Sequence record: MW845758.1
DNA length: 64,000 bases
Strand: one strand, 5' to 3'
Every line of letters begins with the position of its first letter. Position 1 is the first letter of the stretch. The notes beneath the pieces were generated by a model that had not been told where the DNA came from, made no database searches, and saw nothing but the letters and a program-made list of their open reading frames with translations. Made by a program: the position numbers and the translations under genes. Positions 9,172 through 18,224 of the stretch are shown piece after piece.

Positions 9172-9918
9172 GTTTTCACGCAGCGCTTTCAGACGTTCGG
9201 CTGTTGCGTTCAACGCTTCCAGCAGTTCGTTAGACTGTTTCATGAACAGGCCGAACAACTCAACCCAGTTCGATGCCATGTCCAGTGCCAGCGTCAGTTG
9301 CTCAACCACCTGCGGATGAACCGGCTCGTTTTCCAGTACCGCCGCAGAGGCACTGATAGAACCGATAAGACGAGAGACGTCTTTACGCAGCTTCTTACTG
9401 ATGTCATCACGCAATGCTTTCGCACGATTGAATGCGGTGTCAATCTCAGCGGCCGAGTGGTAGGTCTTTTCAATGGCACGTTGGTCAATGACGTTGTTGG
9501 TATACGACTGGGCGAGTTTGGCCACCAAGTCTTTTGGGTCGATTGCTTTCAGCGGATATTTGAAATCCTTGAAACGAAAACCCACCGGTAAGGTCAGCAC
9601 GCCTTTCTGGTGTGTCATGCTTGCCAGCAGTTTGTCAATCGGTTGCAGCACACCCGGCAGAATGGTTTGCAGGGTATCCCACGTAGACTCCAGACGTTGC
9701 ATGTGATCCATCACGTAGGTGTTAAACCCCGGAGGAACCGGAACCAACATACCTTGGAAATTCAGAAACTTCTCTTTCTGCATCCAGTTCGCCATGCCCG
9801 ACATGTCGTCGTAAGTGGTCAGTGCCAACTCTTGGTCGTTGGTAGTAAAACCTTTGGGTAAAATAACCGACGCTTTAGAAGCAAAAGCTTGCAGCGCGGC
9901 GATAGGATTCAGTGTCAT
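9163..9918 (-). CDS. Probable virion structural protein
   Basis: 251-aa helical ORF divergent from the RecA-like gene; position matches phiKZ-like synteny (inference). Confidence 0.65.
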   Translation of the reverse strand: MTLNPIAALQAFASKASVILPKGFTTNDQELALTTYDDMSGMANWMQKEKFLNFQGMLVPVPPGFNTYVMDHMQRLESTWDTLQTILPGVLQPIDKLLASMTHQKGVLTLPVGFRFKDFKYPLKAIDPKDLVAKLAQSYTNNVIDQRAIEKTYHSAAEIDTAFNRAKALRDDISKKLRKDVSRLIGSISASAAVLENEPVHPQVVEQLTLALDMASNWVELFGLFMKQSNELLEALNATAERLKALRENKK

Positions 9919-10018
9919 TATACTTCCTCGAAGACGGGGTGAAGGGCTACATACTAAGTCTTTTTACGTATAGCGTCGTGTTTATGTAGAACACAAACTA
10001 TTAAACACGGAGCAATCG

Positions 10019-11509
10019 ATGGCAGGTCCAGCTAACCAAGTAATAGGCGAAGTAATCCGCCCGCGCTTTAACGTCTATACCATCATGGACCACGCTTTAG
10101 GTGGCTATGAACGTGGTGCAGACGGCCTGTATTATTTAAACGGTGGCTTTGCCCACATCATGGGGTTCTCAGGACGCGGTAACAGTTTCAAAAGTACCCT
10201 CCTCGACTTCTGCATCTTCCAGATCATGTTGCGTTATAACGCGGCATGGGGTTCGAAATACGACACCGAAGTTTCAGCGGCGTTAGACCGTTTGGAAACC
10301 GGTTACCTGTCAGCGCAGCGTGCCTCAGGTATTGATGATGGCAGTAGCGTACTGTCGATGATTGAAGCCGGTCGTTATAACTTTGTTGCATCAGATATGT
10401 TGCCGGGTGAGCAGTATTACTCTGACTACATCCGTAAAGAGATTGAAGGTCGCTTCGCCAGCTACGTGAAGAAAAAAGACCTGCGTGAGTCTCCGTTCCC
10501 AGACCCGATTCGTCGTCAGAACAAAATGATGCTCGACCCGTGGTTCTACACCATTGACTCCCTGTCAGAATTCCACACCTCGGATATCGAAGGCAAACAC
10601 GCCAAGACCGACGTAGGTGATTCCGACCAGAACATCCTGAACGCCCACGATTCACTTCAGAAGTCGAACATGATGGGTCGTTGGCCGTCAGGCTTAGCAC
10701 GTGGCCACATGTACATGGGCTTCGTGGTGCATCTGGCAGATGACATGGGTGGGGCAATGAAGAACGGCGGTAAACCGTCTGCGGATAAACTGCTGGATGA
10801 TATCTCCGGTGAGTTGAAGTTCTCCAACGTTCCACGTCGTGCGATTTCCTTCTTAACGAACAGTCTGATTGTGGCCACCAAAACCGGTGAGCTGAAAGCA
10901 GATAACTCGTACGATGCGAAAACCGCCACGAACGAACCGATGTACCCGACTGCACGTTCCCGTACCATGAACTCGTCAAGCAACGATTTAAAACTCGTTC
11001 GTTACACGCAGTTCCGTGCCAAGGGCGGTGCGACCGGCGTTAAGTTTGAGATGGTGTTCTCACAGTCGTTAGGTTTCTTCTACCACCTTTCCCTGTGGCA
11101 TTACCTGTCTAAAACATTAGGCACCGACTACGGCTACACGCGTACCGGCGCTAACTATGAGCTCCACCTATTGCCGGGTGTGAAGTTCATGCGTACCACC
11201 ATCCGCGACCAGCTTGACGAGAACCCACGTTTACGTCGTGCATTGGAAATCACGGCTGCTATGGCGTACATGCGCAACAACTACCACACGCTGGAGTTGA
11301 AGTACGCTGATATCGTTCCGGAACTGTTGTACAAAACTATCGCTGATAAAGGATGGGACTGGGATGAGATTATGGACAACACCACTGAATATTGGATGTT
11401 CAAAGACCAAGAAGAGAAGGGCGGGAAACGCACACTAACAGCGATGTCATTACTGGCAATGGCTGTGGATGATGACTGTGTTCCTAAATTCCTGACTCGC
11501 AAAAAGTAA
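10019..11509 (+). CDS. uvsX: RecA/UvsX-like recombinase ATPase
   Basis: Walker A GRGNSFKST, Walker B YTIDSLSE, position next to the RNAP beta-C gene as in phiKZ-like phages. Confidence 0.75.
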   Translation: MAGPANQVIGEVIRPRFNVYTIMDHALGGYERGADGLYYLNGGFAHIMGFSGRGNSFKSTLLDFCIFQIMLRYNAAWGSKYDTEVSAALDRLETGYLSAQRASGIDDGSSVLSMIEAGRYNFVASDMLPGEQYYSDYIRKEIEGRFASYVKKKDLRESPFPDPIRRQNKMMLDPWFYTIDSLSEFHTSDIEGKHAKTDVGDSDQNILNAHDSLQKSNMMGRWPSGLARGHMYMGFVVHLADDMGGAMKNGGKPSADKLLDDISGELKFSNVPRRAISFLTNSLIVATKTGELKADNSYDAKTATNEPMYPTARSRTMNSSSNDLKLVRYTQFRAKGGATGVKFEMVFSQSLGFFYHLSLWHYLSKTLGTDYGYTRTGANYELHLLPGVKFMRTTIRDQLDENPRLRRALEITAAMAYMRNNYHTLELKYADIVPELLYKTIADKGWDWDEIMDNTTEYWMFKDQEEKGGKRTLTAMSLLAMAVDDDCVPKFLTRKK

Positions 11510-11552
11510 CCCTACGCGGGGCAGTGCACGCTGCCCCGTACTGGAGGAAACG

Positions 11553-11849
11553 ATGCAGTATCAACGAGTCATTATTCAGCGCCTTGAACAGGGCCTGCGA
11601 GCCATTGATCCAATCGCAGCAGATGCTCTGGTCGCGCAATTTGCACCACCTGCGGATAGTCTGGGAAGTTTTTGCCCACAAGTTGTGAGCTTCTACCAGC
11701 AGCTATTACGAAATCGGAATATCCCAGATGTTTGGGGTTATCCGTCTGTTCCTGAAAACGGCGAAGCTATCGCGTATTGGATTGAGGACTTAGAGAACAC
11801 CACTCTGCCTCACCTGCGTCTGGCTGCCAAACTGCAAACCGCCTCATGA
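11553..11849 (+). CDS. Hypothetical protein
   Basis: RBS GGAGG; ATGA overlap with the next gene. Confidence 0.8.
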   Translation: MQYQRVIIQRLEQGLRAIDPIAADALVAQFAPPADSLGSFCPQVVSFYQQLLRNRNIPDVWGYPSVPENGEAIAYWIEDLENTTLPHLRLAAKLQTAS

Positions 11850-12517
11850 AACTGAACCCGGTACGCCGTAAAGCGGCAGAAAAGTTCATTCTGGATTTGC
11901 TCTCGTTAATCGACAAATCGGGTATCAACACCAACGCTATGGCGAAGGCGTTCCCGAGAATGTCCGATGAAGACTTTGCTACTATCGCAACACGCGGTAT
12001 TCCGGTGTATAACCCGCCGGGCAGTAAAGTGGACATCGACCACATGCGTAATGTGGAGATTGCCAGAGCGATGGGTCTGGACATGAACCAACGGATGTGG
12101 TTCACCGATGCCAAGACTGGTTTGAAACACCGTACCCGACACCCGCACCTCTACTTCCCGGTACCTGCACGTCGTCAGACACAGATGCAAGAGAAGAAGA
12201 TGGCGGTAGCGAAGAACGACAAAGTGCGTGATAAGCTGTCAGGTCAGGTGGTCGGTCCGTCTAAAGCATCTGGTGTATCTTTCCCGGAAGCCTACGTGAT
12301 GTTTGCGGATGGCTTAGATGAAACCTTGCAAGAGTTCTTGCATGCCCGTGGTGGTAACGACACATTACAGCGTGCGTTCTATCAGTCAATTCGACAGACC
12401 GGGCAAGGACGTATCCACATCGAGGGTGCTGAGCGTACAAGCGCCAAAAGTACCCGGACGTGGAGCGCGTATTACAAACAAATGCACATTGGTAATAACC
12501 TCGGACGCCCACAATGA
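11846..12517 (+). CDS. Virion RNA polymerase beta subunit, C-terminal fragment
   Basis: RRQTQMQEKK..DKLSGQVVGPSKASGVSFPEAYVM..LQEFLHARGGND parallels the RpoB C-terminus (HMVDDK..TQQPLGGK..GEMEVWAL..LQEMLTVKSDD). Confidence 0.8.
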   Translation: MKLNPVRRKAAEKFILDLLSLIDKSGINTNAMAKAFPRMSDEDFATIATRGIPVYNPPGSKVDIDHMRNVEIARAMGLDMNQRMWFTDAKTGLKHRTRHPHLYFPVPARRQTQMQEKKMAVAKNDKVRDKLSGQVVGPSKASGVSFPEAYVMFADGLDETLQEFLHARGGNDTLQRAFYQSIRQTGQGRIHIEGAERTSAKSTRTWSAYYKQMHIGNNLGRPQ

Positions 12518-13245
12518 AACTAACCCGCCGCATCTTAGTGGAAGTAGACGTATTGTTCGATACTCGACTCGGACACGTCAAAGCCACTCAGCCTGAAAAG
12601 CTAGAGCAGTTAGATGAGCTCGCTTACGTGAAACGCATGACGGAAGCATGGGCGGCGGTGATTGGCATTGATGATTGGACGGCCAACTACGCCAAACGCA
12701 CCAAGGCTGCTTTGCAAAATGCTGAGCCGACTGAAATGTTGTTGGTACTGCGTAATTACATTGAGCGTGAGCTCTTGACAATTGCGATGTCATCCCCGAT
12801 TGAAAAGCCAGAGCTGACCATTAACCTCTGGCCATACACTGACCTGACGGAAGAAGAACGCCAAGCGTTTCTGGAATCCTTCAGGGCGTATTATCACATG
12901 GTGAAACTCAATGTCATCTGTGAGAACTCCCTTCGCCTAACACCGGGGCGTTTGCGTTCTGCTTGGGACGCGTGGTATGTGTACGACTGGTATCCGTGGA
13001 TAAAACAAAACGCACATTTATTCCAACAATTGCGTATCCCGGATTTCGTCATTAACCGTCCGAGTTTGTTAACGGAAGAGTTGACTGACGAGATAGTCGC
13101 AACAATAAAAAGAGACCGGGCCAACCCCTTTATAGAGGCGACCCGGTTTATGGCTGAATACGTGACAGTTGACGTATTTGACACTGCGCTATTTAGTCGT
13201 CGTCCTCATCAGTTGGACGACGCTGAGAAAACGCCGTCTTCATGA
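12514..13245 (+). CDS. Conserved hypothetical protein, possibly a degenerate HAD-like fold
   Basis: ILVEVDVLFDTR start resembles HAD motif I; ATGA coupling. Confidence 0.7.
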   Translation: MKLTRRILVEVDVLFDTRLGHVKATQPEKLEQLDELAYVKRMTEAWAAVIGIDDWTANYAKRTKAALQNAEPTEMLLVLRNYIERELLTIAMSSPIEKPELTINLWPYTDLTEEERQAFLESFRAYYHMVKLNVICENSLRLTPGRLRSAWDAWYVYDWYPWIKQNAHLFQQLRIPDFVINRPSLLTEELTDEIVATIKRDRANPFIEATRFMAEYVTVDVFDTALFSRRPHQLDDAEKTPSS

Positions 13246-13672
13246 TTTGCTCGACGTCCACTTGTGAGCCGACCGGCGCTAACTCTCCTTCCTTGTGAAT
13301 CACCGATGGTAAAATCGGTATCATAGGTCGGTGACCGGTATCGGCTCCGGGGGCGTCGTGCCGTTGTATTTTTGCCCCGGCTTTGCCTGTGACCCATTGG
13401 TTCAGGGTATTGGCAACGTCACTGCTGATCTCGTTGGCTTTCTCAGCGGTCGCAATGCGTTTCTTAGTCAGGACCTGTTTGTCCATACCGTCAGCAAGTT
13501 TAGCTAACGAGTTAATGGCCTTGTGGTCTGAGCCTAGGTCTTTGGTGAGGGAAACTTGATTGAGGGCGAGCATACGCACTTGTTGCGTAAAGCGGAGTAC
13601 GTCGTCCTCGTTATTAATGTCACCGTTAAAGCCGACATTAATTTCGGCTGGATTCTCTACATCGCTACTCAT
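13193..13672 (-). CDS. Hypothetical protein
   Basis: RBS GAGG before ATG 13672; acidic C-terminus. Confidence 0.75.
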   Translation of the reverse strand: MSSDVENPAEINVGFNGDINNEDDVLRFTQQVRMLALNQVSLTKDLGSDHKAINSLAKLADGMDKQVLTKKRIATAEKANEISSDVANTLNQWVTGKAGAKIQRHDAPGADTGHRPMIPILPSVIHKEGELAPVGSQVDVEQIMKTAFSQRRPTDEDDD

Positions 13673-13697
13673 CGCGTACCTCTTCAATCAGGATTCA

Positions 13698-13716
13698 GAT
13701 AGATGTTATCTCTGTG
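13698..13716 (+). promoter_or_regulatory. Phage promoter-like motif, copy 2 (GATAGATGTTATC-TCT-GTG)
   Basis: One mismatch to consensus; divergent intergenic region. Confidence 0.65.
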
Positions 13717-13759
13717 AACAACATCACACTGAGGTTATCATGCTTTAGGAAAATCGACC

Positions 13760-14284
13760 ATGTTCAACTGGCTTACGCGTATCATCAAGAACAAGGCGTA
13801 CAAGCGCCGTAGAAGCTTTTTAGAGGCGGAGTACCATAAGAATACCCCTAACAGGCTTAAGCGCGTTCTAGTGGGCTTAGAGCTGCTTACAGAACCACTC
13901 GAGTATAATGGTGACACCTTCCTGCCAATCTCATTGGAAGGGGTGGTTGCTGTGCGTACTCAGACCATGGATACACTCAACAATCGGTTAGAGTTTCTGT
14001 TCATGGAGTACAATCGCGTATTGGCTTCACCCAGTCCGAATCCGGAGTGGTCTGTCTTACCGGGCAACCTGTCAAAGAAACTTGATACGGATGACCGCAA
14101 ATGGCTTGATGAGTATTTCGCTACTTCTCGAGATGAGTTGGCGCGAGATAAACTTCGTCGTGCTTTGGTGCTGCTGCTGTCGTTCGATGAGAACGATAAC
14201 CAGAGTCCCGAACGGGATGTGTTCTTGAATCAGACAGGACAAATCCTACGTGAGTTAGAGACTATTGTGGAACACTACCTCTAG
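13760..14284 (+). CDS. Hypothetical protein
   Basis: RBS AGGA; basic N-terminus. Confidence 0.8.
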   Translation: MFNWLTRIIKNKAYKRRRSFLEAEYHKNTPNRLKRVLVGLELLTEPLEYNGDTFLPISLEGVVAVRTQTMDTLNNRLEFLFMEYNRVLASPSPNPEWSVLPGNLSKKLDTDDRKWLDEYFATSRDELARDKLRRALVLLLSFDENDNQSPERDVFLNQTGQILRELETIVEHYL

Positions 14285-14318
14285 CTTGAACCATCCGCTC
14301 CTTGGAACAAGGTGTAAA

Positions 14319-15146
14319 ATGGGTAAAATTACTGATCTAATCTTAAATGGTCCGCCGGAGGACAGTCCCGTTGGGGTTGAACTTCGAGACGCACACTGGT
14401 CGCTTATCAAGCTAATGCCGATATCATATTCGGATTGGAAAGAGCTGGCAACCCAGTATGCGAACAACCCGATGTACGTGGGTAAGTCCACGGCTGAACC
14501 CAAAGAACGTTTAGGTCGACTGGCGAATGCTTTGTCGGGCGGTAACGTGAAAGGGTTGAGTGTAGACTTTACATGGAAACGTTTTATCGAAGGGTTGGTC
14601 TTGGTGAATGTTGAAACCTTGACCATGTCGATTAAGACGTATCGGGGACGCTTTGAAGACACGAAGGTGGTGAAAGGCTATTGCCATCCGCAACGTGACT
14701 TGCTGCGTACACTGAATGGGGAAGACGATGAGGATCTGCGGGGCAGTGCATCTGATGCATTGAACCTCTATTTCCAGAACGCGCAACAAACCGCGGAACA
14801 GGTCATGGAGCATATCCTCTTGAAAGTGTTGTGGTCGTTGTTTGCGGCTTACGGCATTACCGAGTCCCAGTGGCGTCAACTGGTGACCAAGTATGTCAAC
14901 AACTCTGACAACTGTCCTCAAATCACCAGTCGGCGTAGTGACCGTCGTCACAACCTGCAACAATCTATTCGCCACACCAAGAAGCTTAGCTGGAAACGTT
15001 TCTTAGAAGCGCTCAAGGCTATCGACGTTCGCAAGTTCGAATGCACGTTCTTAGTTCACGTTCCGGGTCAGTACGACGTTGAACATTCCTTCGAGGTGGA
15101 TGTGACTGCACTTTCTTTCCGGAGTAATAAGAATGAACCCGAGTGA
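14319..15146 (+). CDS. Hypothetical protein with an internal domain duplication
   Basis: Two repeats: YSDWKELATQYANNP..FTWKRFIEGL and ESQWRQLVTKYVNNS..LSWKRFLEAL; RBS AAGGTG. Confidence 0.8.
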   Translation: MGKITDLILNGPPEDSPVGVELRDAHWSLIKLMPISYSDWKELATQYANNPMYVGKSTAEPKERLGRLANALSGGNVKGLSVDFTWKRFIEGLVLVNVETLTMSIKTYRGRFEDTKVVKGYCHPQRDLLRTLNGEDDEDLRGSASDALNLYFQNAQQTAEQVMEHILLKVLWSLFAAYGITESQWRQLVTKYVNNSDNCPQITSRRSDRRHNLQQSIRHTKKLSWKRFLEALKAIDVRKFECTFLVHVPGQYDVEHSFEVDVTALSFRSNKNEPE

Positions 15147-16458
15147 CTTTAACCTAACGAACCGCATCACGAAGGCGACGTCGGGGGTAACTGACCGAGT
15201 CAGCCAAGCCCAAAGCGCAGTTAACAATGTGCAGAACCAAGCACAGAACGCTGTCTCTCGTGTAACCAGTACGGTGGACAACGTTGAGAAGGGGATTACC
15301 AATGCCGCAGACACCGCGAAAAACGCCTACAGTAAAGCAGGCGAAGCTTACGACAAAATTACTGACGGGGCATCGACACTGGGCTCAAAAATCGGCAATC
15401 TCTTTGGCGGTAGCGACATCGCTAGCACTGGGGGGACGAAGACTGCTGGATCAGGTGCAAGTGGTGCCTCCCCGGGAAACAAAATAGGGGGATTCTCCAC
15501 TGACCCGAAATCGGTGTTGCCAAGTTTAGACCCACTGAAGCGTGAAGTCGAAACGCCGTTTAAAGCGGCTAACGAAGTGGCCACTGGGGCACTGGATTAC
15601 TTAAAGCCGAGTAAAATCAGTAGCTTACTCGGTTCTGGATTCAGTACCCTGACGTCGCTGCGCGATAAAGGTCTGGCAGCCGTCGGTACGGATTTTGCTT
15701 CGGTGAAGTCTCGTGTGGAATCGACCATGAAGGTCGCAGGCCAGCTTGCTAAACTGCCGGGTCAAGTCCAGTCGGAAATCAACGGCTACGTCAGCGATTT
15801 CAACTCTGCGAAATATCAGGTGACGTCCATTGTTGATGGAGCGAAGACCACCTTTAACTCATTCAAAGATTTGGATGATTATTTGGCGATCGATAACTTC
15901 ATCTCGAGCTTTAAGACATCCAGTTCGGATTCTTACTCAACGCTGGACATCGGTACAACCTCTGCGGTGATTTACGGACTGTCCAGTTCTTTGGCCAGTT
16001 ACAACATGCCGGAGAAAGTTGTCCCGTTGGTGGATGCCGTAGCCGACCCGGTTGCTCAAGCGCAGTTGTATCGTGAGCTGGCAGTGCAGTCCTCCGCACT
16101 CGGTAGTCTGACGTCTGTTGAGTTCTACGTTGGTAAACTCTCTGACTCTGACAAAGTGCTGATTTCTGCTGAAGTGATTGTGAACCTGTTGATGAACTTG
16201 CAGATGGAAACCAACCCACCGTACAAAACCTACGGTACACGTTTGCTGGCGTTGTTTAATACGCTCGACGCACGTTGGGACAAATCGGCCGTTGTGGGTC
16301 AAACGGATGAGGTGGAACTCTACCCTTATACGTTCTGTAACACTAACGCAATTCAAGCGTTGTTGACCACAGAGAAACGTCCGTTTGTGTGTGCTGCCGG
16401 TTACCTGAGTTACGACCGGGCAGACACCATGGTTAACAAGTTCTTCGACGCGGCTTAA
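15133..16458 (+). CDS. Probable virion protein with low-complexity A/S/T/N/Q-rich N-terminus
   Basis: 441-aa ORF; composition typical of jumbo-phage virion proteins (inference). Confidence 0.6.
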   Translation: MNPSDFNLTNRITKATSGVTDRVSQAQSAVNNVQNQAQNAVSRVTSTVDNVEKGITNAADTAKNAYSKAGEAYDKITDGASTLGSKIGNLFGGSDIASTGGTKTAGSGASGASPGNKIGGFSTDPKSVLPSLDPLKREVETPFKAANEVATGALDYLKPSKISSLLGSGFSTLTSLRDKGLAAVGTDFASVKSRVESTMKVAGQLAKLPGQVQSEINGYVSDFNSAKYQVTSIVDGAKTTFNSFKDLDDYLAIDNFISSFKTSSSDSYSTLDIGTTSAVIYGLSSSLASYNMPEKVVPLVDAVADPVAQAQLYRELAVQSSALGSLTSVEFYVGKLSDSDKVLISAEVIVNLLMNLQMETNPPYKTYGTRLLALFNTLDARWDKSAVVGQTDEVELYPYTFCNTNAIQALLTTEKRPFVCAAGYLSYDRADTMVNKFFDAA

Positions 16459-16468
16459 GGGTGCGCAC

Positions 16469-17509
16469 ATGACAATTCCTGCAGACTTCGACGACCCACG
16501 GGCTCGAGAGATACTCCGCGACCTGATTTTACAGGTGGGGGGTATCCAGAACCAGTCGGCCGATATCAGTGTTCCGCGGGCTATTAAGCGGTTGTATCAT
16601 GACCGACTCTGTGGAATCAATAAAGCGGCATTGAACCCTAACCTTCCGTTAAGTGAACGTATTGGCCCGTACATCTACGAGCAACACGACACCACTTACG
16701 CGGCAGCGATGGCCAGTCGCTACGGCTTTAACTTAGGGCCGGAAGCCCGTCAGCGGTATGACGTAATGAAATACCCTGGCGATATTCGCTTGGAGCTCAT
16801 CGGCGAACAGCGCGACGAATTCGTCCGCTATCTGCGTAACATTGGCGGTACTCCGACCAACACCGATATCATCGTTGCGATGGACGGTGTGAATCACCTG
16901 AACATCTATTCGCGCAGTCGTGTGATGCTGGGCCGTTTAGTCAGTAACTTCTGGCAAGACACCAGTCCGTATCGTACGCTGCACGGCGAGATTGCAACAC
17001 TGGAAGGCTACTACCATTTACTGCGTTTGCTCGACTACGCTTACACTCAGCACGAGTTTGAGTTCAGTATCGAGTCTGACCTGTATCTGTTGGATAAGCT
17101 GATTCACCGTTATCCGGAAATCCACCGTCTGTTCCACATGGACGGTACAGAGGCAATTGGCTACGGTCGGAAAATGAAAGCCATGGTGTACGGCGGTACC
17201 GCGTACAAACCCAAGGCGTTCTCTCCGCACTTAGAACGTTGTTTCGTTTGGGCAATGGCCGGTAAGTTCCATCAGGTGAAAATCGGTGACGATACACCGT
17301 GTGGTATCTACATCGCGGAACTGGTTAACGCGAACGTTCCTCTGCTGCACTATTATGTGAAACACGACGGTCCTTACACACCGGCGTACGCAGAATGGTT
17401 GCCAAACATCTGCCAGTGGTTAGGGGAGAACATCGACCCGTTCGATAACGACTTTAACGTGGCGGCTTTACAGCAGAAGGTATTGAGCGAATATGAGCCG
17501 ATTGGGTAA
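16469..17509 (+). CDS. NADAR-family (T4 gp30.3-like) domain protein with N-terminal extension
   Basis: LNIYSRSRVMLGRLVSNF..ATLEGYY..RLFHMDGTEAIGYGR resembles gp30.3 LEIRSN..ALSNF..GGLEGF..RIFGLSGLAAQQAGR. Confidence 0.65.
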   Translation: MTIPADFDDPRAREILRDLILQVGGIQNQSADISVPRAIKRLYHDRLCGINKAALNPNLPLSERIGPYIYEQHDTTYAAAMASRYGFNLGPEARQRYDVMKYPGDIRLELIGEQRDEFVRYLRNIGGTPTNTDIIVAMDGVNHLNIYSRSRVMLGRLVSNFWQDTSPYRTLHGEIATLEGYYHLLRLLDYAYTQHEFEFSIESDLYLLDKLIHRYPEIHRLFHMDGTEAIGYGRKMKAMVYGGTAYKPKAFSPHLERCFVWAMAGKFHQVKIGDDTPCGIYIAELVNANVPLLHYYVKHDGPYTPAYAEWLPNICQWLGENIDPFDNDFNVAALQQKVLSEYEPIG

Positions 17510-18155
17510 TATCCTTGCCGAGATGGATAAAACACGCGAAGACGGGATTGTAAAAGTCGCGCGTGAGTCCATCTCTGTGGAAAAGGAAAAAGAGTATTGC
17601 ATGTGGGTACGTCCAACTGAAGCGGGCTGGGCGTGGTTGCGTGATCATGCGGGTGAGTTCCATCTGGACGTGATGATGCCAATGCAAGGCGGTCGTCGTC
17701 GTGTGCGTATCCATGCGGATAAAGCAGAGCTGACGGTGAAAACCTTTGACGGGGCAGAGCGCGAAGAGGAGAACTCAGAAATCGGGATGAAGTCCGCCAT
17801 GTCGTTTTACGCAGATGGGTTCTTGACCCACCTTGTAAAGCGTGTCACTGTGGAACCCGAAGAGGAAGTGAAGGCAAAGGGCGGTAAGCATTGGGACATC
17901 GATGTATTCTTTGTCGCACAAGACCACCCAGAGCTCCCCGACGCAGATGCGTTGAAAGCCCTGTTTGACGTCGCGAAGCAAGGTACCGCTTACGGCGATT
18001 GGGTGAAAGTGGAACTGGAAGTGGAGCGGTTTGATTTAGAAAGCATTGTTGACCTGATACCGTTCGCGGTAGAAGAGGCGATGCCATCTAAACCGTCTTC
18101 ACCGGATGCGCAGGAATTCCTACGGCATTATTGGGATTCTGTAACACGACTTTAG
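17493..18155 (+). CDS. CYTH-like (triphosphate tunnel metalloenzyme) protein
   Basis: EKEKEY, RVRI, LTVK, EEENSEI, KR, WDIDVF, VELEVE in canonical CYTH order; start could be 17523. Confidence 0.7.
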   Translation: MSRLGNILAEMDKTREDGIVKVARESISVEKEKEYCMWVRPTEAGWAWLRDHAGEFHLDVMMPMQGGRRRVRIHADKAELTVKTFDGAEREEENSEIGMKSAMSFYADGFLTHLVKRVTVEPEEEVKAKGGKHWDIDVFFVAQDHPELPDADALKALFDVAKQGTAYGDWVKVELEVERFDLESIVDLIPFAVEEAMPSKPSSPDAQEFLRHYWDSVTRL

Positions 18156-18157
18156 CA

Positions 18158-18195
18158 GTCCCCCACTGACTTCATGTCAGTGGGGTTGCTTTATT
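18158..18195 (+). terminator. Terminator-like hairpin
   Basis: CCCCACTGAC-TTCAT-GTCAGTGGGG followed by a T-rich tail. Confidence 0.65.
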
Positions 18196-18224
18196 TAAAC
18201 GCACACTTTGGAGGACTACTGAGA

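Noticed and set aside
15133-15600. Repeat-like N-terminus as a tandem repeat or DGR target
   Set aside because: Low-complexity protein composition only; no nucleotide repeat pair and no reverse transcriptase in the window
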